A stretch of 60,679 nt of DNA, counting the filler, from Candidatus Delongbacteria bacterium (lineage in GTDB: Bacteria; UBA4055): NCBI GenBank assembly GCA_016937995.1. It is 4 parts of 4 records of this genome, joined end to end, with 100 filler letters (N's around TTAATTAATTAA, not from the genome) between each part and the next. Parts side by side here need not be neighbours in the genome. Positions count along the whole stretch, not along the records: positions 42,239 to 60,679 come from JAFGVM010000044.1; 3 more parts are not named here. One strand, given 5' to 3'. The notes below the pieces were generated by a model. That model searched no databases. It saw only the letters and a program-made list of their open reading frames with translations, and was not told where the DNA came from. Shown here one piece after another: positions 55,723 to 60,679 of the stretch (its first letter is position 1; the number at the start of each line of letters is the position of its first letter). A program made the translations under genes and the position numbers.

Positions 55723-56573
55723 TGGCTTTTGATTATGAAAAGTATCTTCGAATGGACAAGATACCTCACCTTTGGTGTCCAGGTTGTGGAATAGGTGTAG
55801 TTTTGAAAGCAATGCTAAGAGCAATGGAAAATGTTAACTGGGAAAGAAATGATACAGCATTCGTTTCAGGTATCGGTTGTACAAGTAGAGCTCCAGGATA
55901 TATAGACTGTAATACCTTACATACTACTCATGGTAGAGGTCTGACTTTCGCTACAGGTATTAAAATGGCCCAACCAGATAAAAATCTTGTTATTTTTTCT
56001 GGTGACGGAGACGCAACTGCTATTGGTGGGAACCATTTTATCCATGCTTGCAGAAGAAATATTGACATGACCCTTATAGTTGTGAATAACAATATCTACG
56101 GAATGACAGGAGGTCAGCATTCTCCTACAACACCTATAGGCTTTAAAGCTAGTACGACTATATACGGTAATGTTGACCCTAGTTTTGATATTTGTCTTCT
56201 TGCAAGAGCAGCAGGAGCGACTTACGTAGCCAGGTCTACTGTAAATAAAGGTAGAACTCTAGAACAGTATATTCAAAGAGGATTTGAGAATAAAGGTTTT
56301 TCTGTGATCGAAGCTGTTTCCAACTGCCATACTCAGTTCGGAAGAAAAAATAATATGAGCGATCCTATTTCATCCAGAAAATGGATAGAGGACAGGGAGA
56401 TCCCTTTAGCTAAAGCCAGAGATATGAAAGCTGAAGACCTGAAGAACATGGTGATCACTGGTGAGTTCATCACAGAAAAAAGTGATCTTGAAAGATGGGA
56501 AAACTATAACAGAGCCGAAAAAGAATATACTGAGGCTTACAGCGATATTATCAAAAAAGTGAAAAAAAAATAA
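55722..56573 (+). CDS. korB: 2-oxoacid:ferredoxin oxidoreductase beta subunit
   Basis: WCPGCG, SGIGC, HTTHGR, GDGD..NN TPP motif, YGMTGGQ. Confidence 0.92.
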   Translation: MAFDYEKYLRMDKIPHLWCPGCGIGVVLKAMLRAMENVNWERNDTAFVSGIGCTSRAPGYIDCNTLHTTHGRGLTFATGIKMAQPDKNLVIFSGDGDATAIGGNHFIHACRRNIDMTLIVVNNNIYGMTGGQHSPTTPIGFKASTTIYGNVDPSFDICLLARAAGATYVARSTVNKGRTLEQYIQRGFENKGFSVIEAVSNCHTQFGRKNNMSDPISSRKWIEDREIPLAKARDMKAEDLKNMVITGEFITEKSDLERWENYNRAEKEYTEAYSDIIKKVKKK

Positions 56574-56599
56574 TTCTGAAAACTACTTGGAGATAAATA

Positions 56600-57208
56600 A
56601 TGAAACAAAGCCACTATGAAGCCAGATTTGCGGGAGTTGGAGGTCAGGGTGTTATACTTGCAGGCAAGATATTAGCTTATGGTATGGTTAATTTTGAAGA
56701 GTGTCAGGCTATTCAAACACCTACATACACTGCTCAAGTAAGGGGTGGTGCCACAAAAGTAGACGTTGTTCTGGATAAAAAACATATCGAATATCCACGG
56801 ACTGAGAATATTGACTTCTTCCTATCATTACATCAGAAATCTTTCGATATTTACTTTAAAGATCTTAAAGATGATGCTATTGTTGTAGTTGATCCTAATC
56901 TTACACCGAATATTCCAAAAGACATTCCGCAGCAGGTATTTCTTGTCGATCTTGTTGAGATCGCAAAAAAAGAGATGGGAAAAGCACTTTACGCTGCAGT
57001 TTTAGCTGTCGGGTTCTTTGCCGGTATCACAAAAATGATAAAAGAGAAGAACGTCCAGAAATCAGTGATCGATAATTCCCCTAAAGGAACCGAAGTTGAG
57101 AATCTGAAAGCTGTTAAAATAGGATACGCTTTAGCGAAAGAAGCATTGAAAAGAAAAGAGGATCTTGTTCGTTTAACTCTGAAAGATATCGATAAGAACA
57201 AACTATAA
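56600..57208 (+). CDS. korC: 2-oxoacid:ferredoxin oxidoreductase gamma subunit
   Basis: AGVGGQGVILAG, YTAQVRGG. Confidence 0.9.
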   Translation: MKQSHYEARFAGVGGQGVILAGKILAYGMVNFEECQAIQTPTYTAQVRGGATKVDVVLDKKHIEYPRTENIDFFLSLHQKSFDIYFKDLKDDAIVVVDPNLTPNIPKDIPQQVFLVDLVEIAKKEMGKALYAAVLAVGFFAGITKMIKEKNVQKSVIDNSPKGTEVENLKAVKIGYALAKEALKRKEDLVRLTLKDIDKNKL

Positions 57209-57227
57209 AATAATTTTCGGAGCGATT

Positions 57228-57665
57228 ATGCTGGAACTCAGTTTGGTTATGGTGAAACCGCATGCTTTTAATAAAAAGAAACTTGGTAAAATTGTTTCTA
57301 TGCTGGAACAGAATGAATTCTCAATTGTTGGTCTAAAATCCATAAAATTATCTAAGGAACTTGCTCGAAGATTTTATTTTGTTCATGAGGGAAAAGAGTT
57401 CTTTGAAAGATTGATAACCTATATGAGCTCAGACACGATCGCAGCGATCTGTGTACAAAAAGAGAATTGTGTAAAAGACCTGAGAAAATTAGTCGGTGCT
57501 ACTGACCCTACTAAAGCAGCGGAAGGAACTATTAGAAGAGAAGTCGGTGAGAATGTTGAAGCGAACGGTGTTCATGCTTCTGATTGTATCGAAAATGCGA
57601 AGAAAGAGATCAGATTTTTCTTTTCTGATATCGAATTATTTTCATTCCAATACCTGGATTACTAA
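57228..57665 (+). CDS. ndk: Nucleoside-diphosphate kinase
   Basis: VKP, FYFVHEGKEFF, R..VGATDP..A..GTIR, NGVHASD. Confidence 0.93.
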   Translation: MLELSLVMVKPHAFNKKKLGKIVSMLEQNEFSIVGLKSIKLSKELARRFYFVHEGKEFFERLITYMSSDTIAAICVQKENCVKDLRKLVGATDPTKAAEGTIRREVGENVEANGVHASDCIENAKKEIRFFFSDIELFSFQYLDY

Positions 57666-57687
57666 TATTAAAAGAAGCATTTTTACT

Positions 57688-57713
57688 AAGGCAGGTTTTT
57701 CCTGCCTTTTTTT
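57688..57713 (+). terminator. Terminator after ndk
   Basis: AAGGCAGG-ttttt-CCTGCCTT plus T-run. Confidence 0.85.
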
Positions 57714-57796
57714 ATGTCCCTTTTTATTCCGTTGTAATAAATCATTAAAGATATTATATTTATTAGGTTAATAACTATTACAGGTTGATCGTATAT

Positions 57797-59020
57797 ATGT
57801 CATCATTTGAATTTTTCATTGCAAAGAGATACATAAAAAGCAAAAGTAAGACAGCTTTTATTTCAACTATTACATACATTTCTTTCTTCGGAATTATGCT
57901 TGGTGTCGCCGTTTTGAGTATCGTAATGTCTGTAATGAACGGTTTTGAGACTGAGGTAAAGACAAGGTTCATTGCAAATGATTCACATCTGAGATTAAGA
58001 GCTTTCAGGGACAGACCTTTTGAATACAATGAAAAAGTAAGAGCAGTTATTAAATCTGACTCTACAATAACTGGAGCATCACCGTATATCGAAATGTACA
58101 GCATGGTCAAAAGTAATGACTATACTGAAGGTGCTTTGGTAAGAGGTATAGATGTTGATACTATCCAGGACACTTCTCCTTTGAAAAGTCAGCTCATTGC
58201 AGGCAGTTTTGAGTTCGAGAATGATAGCAATGAATATCCGGGTATCATTTTAGGAAAAGGACTTGCTGATAAGACCGGAACTATTCCGGGAGATGTTATA
58301 AGAATAATATCCCCTGCTCTAAGTTCAACATTCTCACAACCTCCTGTAAAATCATTTCAGGTCACAGGTGTATTTGAAACAGGACTTGCTGAAATAGACG
58401 GTGGACTTTGCTATATTGCTTTATCTCACGCACAAAAATTATATAAAATGCCCGATAAGGTCAACGGTGTTTATCTCAAACTATCATCTCTTGACCATAC
58501 TGATAGAACAAAAGAGAAATTGAATCAGGAACTTGAATTTCCTATGAACTGTATAAGCTGGAAAGATCTTCACAGTAATCTGTTCGCGTGGTTCGAGATC
58601 GAGAAAATGATGATGGCAACTATACTCAGCTTGATAATTATCATAGCGGCTTTTAATATTCTGTCTAGTTTAATTATGATAGTGATGGAGAAAAAACAGG
58701 AAGTCGGGATACTAATGGCAATGGGAGCAAATAAATATCAGGTAATGAGAATATTTATATATCAGGGTATGATCATAGGAGTCATAGGAACTATTCTCGG
58801 GCTTGTAATCGGTATCGGTATAAGCTGGTTGCAACTGGAATATCAGATAGTATCCTTACCGGGAGATATCTACTTTATCACTGCACTTCCTGTACAGATG
58901 AAGTTAAATGATTTTGTTATTATCGGTCTGGTTTCATTGGTACTGACCTTTTTATCTACAATATACCCTTCACGCCAGGCAAGTAAAATGCTTCCTGCAG
59001 AAACAATAAGGAATGAATGA
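57797..59020 (+). CDS. Lipoprotein-releasing ABC permease, LolC/E family
   Basis: FIAKRY, GIMLGVAVL.IV.SVMNGF, AAFNILSSL..V.EK, IYPSRQA. Confidence 0.9.
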   Translation: MSSFEFFIAKRYIKSKSKTAFISTITYISFFGIMLGVAVLSIVMSVMNGFETEVKTRFIANDSHLRLRAFRDRPFEYNEKVRAVIKSDSTITGASPYIEMYSMVKSNDYTEGALVRGIDVDTIQDTSPLKSQLIAGSFEFENDSNEYPGIILGKGLADKTGTIPGDVIRIISPALSSTFSQPPVKSFQVTGVFETGLAEIDGGLCYIALSHAQKLYKMPDKVNGVYLKLSSLDHTDRTKEKLNQELEFPMNCISWKDLHSNLFAWFEIEKMMMATILSLIIIIAAFNILSSLIMIVMEKKQEVGILMAMGANKYQVMRIFIYQGMIIGVIGTILGLVIGIGISWLQLEYQIVSLPGDIYFITALPVQMKLNDFVIIGLVSLVLTFLSTIYPSRQASKMLPAETIRNE

Positions 59021-59684
59021 TATGTTATTGAAAGTACAAGATCTATATAAAAGTTATCAGCTCAGCAAAAGAGATATTCCTGTTCTAAAAGGTGTCAATC
59101 TTGAACTTGAACAGGGTGAGATCATTGCCATAATGGGAAAAAGCGGTGCGGGTAAATCGACATTGTTGAATATTATCGGAACACTTGATAAACCCCAGAA
59201 AGGTATTATTGAATTCAATGGTGAGAACATTCTTAAGTATTCAGAGAAACAACTGGCTAATTTCAGGAATAAGAACATTGGTTTTGTATTTCAATTCCAT
59301 TATCTACTTCCTGAATTCACTGCTCTGGAAAATATTATGCTTCCAGGACTCATAAGAGGTGAAAATATGCCTGATTTAAGAGGACGTGCAAAAAAATTAC
59401 TACAATTAATAGAACTTTCTGACAGAGAAGAACATAGAAGTGGAGAACTTTCCGGTGGTGAACAGCAGAGAATCGCATTTGCACGAGCTTTGATAAATAA
59501 ACCTTCACTGATACTTGCAGATGAACCTTCCGGGAATCTGGATAATACTTCATCAGAGAAGCTGCATGATATTATGTGGTCTTTTGCCAGAGAGAACAAT
59601 ACCTCGTTTATCGTAGTAACACATGATGAGGCACTTGCAAAGAAAGCGGATAGAATCATTAACATTATAGACGGAGTTATCTAA
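59013..59684 (+). CDS. lolD: Lipoprotein-releasing ABC ATPase
   Basis: GKSGAGKST, IGFVFQFHYLLPEF LolD motif, LSGGEQQR, LADEP.GNLD. Confidence 0.9.
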   Translation: MNDMLLKVQDLYKSYQLSKRDIPVLKGVNLELEQGEIIAIMGKSGAGKSTLLNIIGTLDKPQKGIIEFNGENILKYSEKQLANFRNKNIGFVFQFHYLLPEFTALENIMLPGLIRGENMPDLRGRAKKLLQLIELSDREEHRSGELSGGEQQRIAFARALINKPSLILADEPSGNLDNTSSEKLHDIMWSFARENNTSFIVVTHDEALAKKADRIINIIDGVI

Positions 59685-60202
59685 TGAAATGTGATAAATG
59701 TGGAGCTCCAAACGTAGTGACGAAAATAGTAATACAGGGTGAAAAGGAAGCTGAAGAGCTGAACCTGTGTCCTGCATGTTTTCAGAACTTTATCAAAGAA
59801 CATCCGGAAATAAAGAACGGGCAAATGGGTAAATCCCTGAATGAATTTTTACTTGGAACTTTGAATTTGTTCAGCTCAGGCTCGAACAAAGATATTTCTC
59901 ATCTACACAATGATGTTGGATCTACTATCAAAACCTGTGCAAATTGCGGAACAGGTATCGATAGAGTTACCAAATCAAACAGAGTCGGTTGTCCAGACTG
60001 TTATGAAGTTTTTGCTGTGGAGATTGATGATATTTTACATGAAGAGATCGGAAATAACAGACTTACACTAGACTATGATACACAATCAAAAGAAGAAAAA
60101 GTATTCATTCTTAGAGATAAATTAAATTCTGCAGTGAAAGATGAGGATTACGAACTTGCAGCATTACTTCGTGACGAAATAAAGAAAATAAATAGGGATT
60201 AG
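59684..60202 (+). CDS. mcsA: McsA-like zinc-finger/UVR domain protein
   Basis: CDKC, CPAC, CANC, GCPDCY; C-terminal AVKDEDYELAALLRDEI UVR motif. Confidence 0.8.
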   Translation: MKCDKCGAPNVVTKIVIQGEKEAEELNLCPACFQNFIKEHPEIKNGQMGKSLNEFLLGTLNLFSSGSNKDISHLHNDVGSTIKTCANCGTGIDRVTKSNRVGCPDCYEVFAVEIDDILHEEIGNNRLTLDYDTQSKEEKVFILRDKLNSAVKDEDYELAALLRDEIKKINRD

Positions 60203-60276
60203 AGAATAGGGATTAGGGGTTAGTTTGTTTGAAATTATACTGCAAACTAATCCCTAGCCCCTAACCTCTATCCCCT
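60193..60276. repeat. Long inverted repeat built from TAGGGRT heptamers
   Basis: Left arm TAGGGAT TAGAGAA TAGGGAT TAGGGGT TAGTTTG; right arm CAAACTA ATCCCTA GCCCCTA ACCTCTA TCCCCT. Confidence 0.8.
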
Positions 60277-60297
60277 TGATTAAAACAGGAGGCATAT

Positions 60298-60672
60298 ATG
60301 AAAAAATTATCAACAACTATACTAATCCTTATGATCTCAATTATCGCTTTTGCTCAGGAATCATCATGGCAACAGTCTGAAACTATCAACATACAGCTTG
60401 GTGTCAGAGACAAGAATTCTAATCTTGCTTCTTATGAAGCTACTTTTAAAGTTACTGAGACTAATACCGACAAAGCTGTTGAAACAACTATCACAGTTAC
60501 AGCAGACCAGTGGGGATTTGTTAATTTTCCTGAAGATTTTGGTGTAGATGCTTTAAAAGGTGATTATGACTGGACCTGTACTGTAGCAGGAAAAATTGTT
60601 ACTTATGGGAAGTTCGATTTTAAAAAGACCGGAAACATGGCCAGAGTTTTGACCTATAAGAAGATTAAGTAA
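60298..60672 (+). CDS. Small exported hypothetical protein (Ig-like)
   Basis: AGGAGG SD; signal peptide ending AFA; beta-rich with FPEDF..GDY.W. Confidence 0.7.
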   Translation: MKKLSTTILILMISIIAFAQESSWQQSETINIQLGVRDKNSNLASYEATFKVTETNTDKAVETTITVTADQWGFVNFPEDFGVDALKGDYDWTCTVAGKIVTYGKFDFKKTGNMARVLTYKKIK

Positions 60673-60679
60673 AGTCAGA

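Noticed and set aside
795-60547. Short ORF-track entries overlapping long genes (e.g. 795-1055, 4531-4875, 7862-8335, 10252-10731, 40493-40882, 44261-44656, 59300-59665)
   Set aside because: Antisense or out-of-frame shadows of well-supported genes, with no recognisable motifs

Overview
AT-rich bacterial genomic DNA, most likely a draft or metagenome-assembled genome. Three 100-nt N-gaps carrying a TTAATTAATTAA six-frame-stop linker (23090-23189, 33363-33462, 42139-42238) join four contigs, so adjacency across them is not biological. T9SS/FlgD-Ig-type C-terminal domains, lolC/E-lolD, OM barrels, classical TTGACA-N17-TATATT promoters and Shine-Dalgarno use suggest an anaerobic diderm of the FCB superphylum outside Bacteroidota, possibly Ca. 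Delongbacteria-like (inference only). Gene content is mostly housekeeping and envelope: secreted cysteine peptidase, ECF sigma/anti-sigma/DUF4097/Omp85-like operon, parE, comEC, phoBR-nptA-phoU, ppiD, tRNA-Val/Asp, hsdM, zur-znuACB, tandem thyX, prmA, dksA-like, ileS, purL, arcC-korDABC-ndk, lolC/E-lolD-mcsA. Best signals not in the ORF track: (1) a ~92-nt element in three copies on three contigs, whose 14-bp stem differs in sequence in every copy but stays paired, always just downstream of a stop codon and folding best on the antisense strand; (2) a HesB-like selenoprotein with in-frame UGA and a SECIS-like hairpin; (3) an orphan fusion of two chemoreceptor-tip motifs to CheW; (4) a candidate anti-Shine-Dalgarno sRNA; (5) twin ECF-type promoters, one before an unannotated 52-aa ORF; (6) composite GTAG-REP modules bracketing accessory and decaying genes. 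All family calls are by motif recognition; no searches were run.
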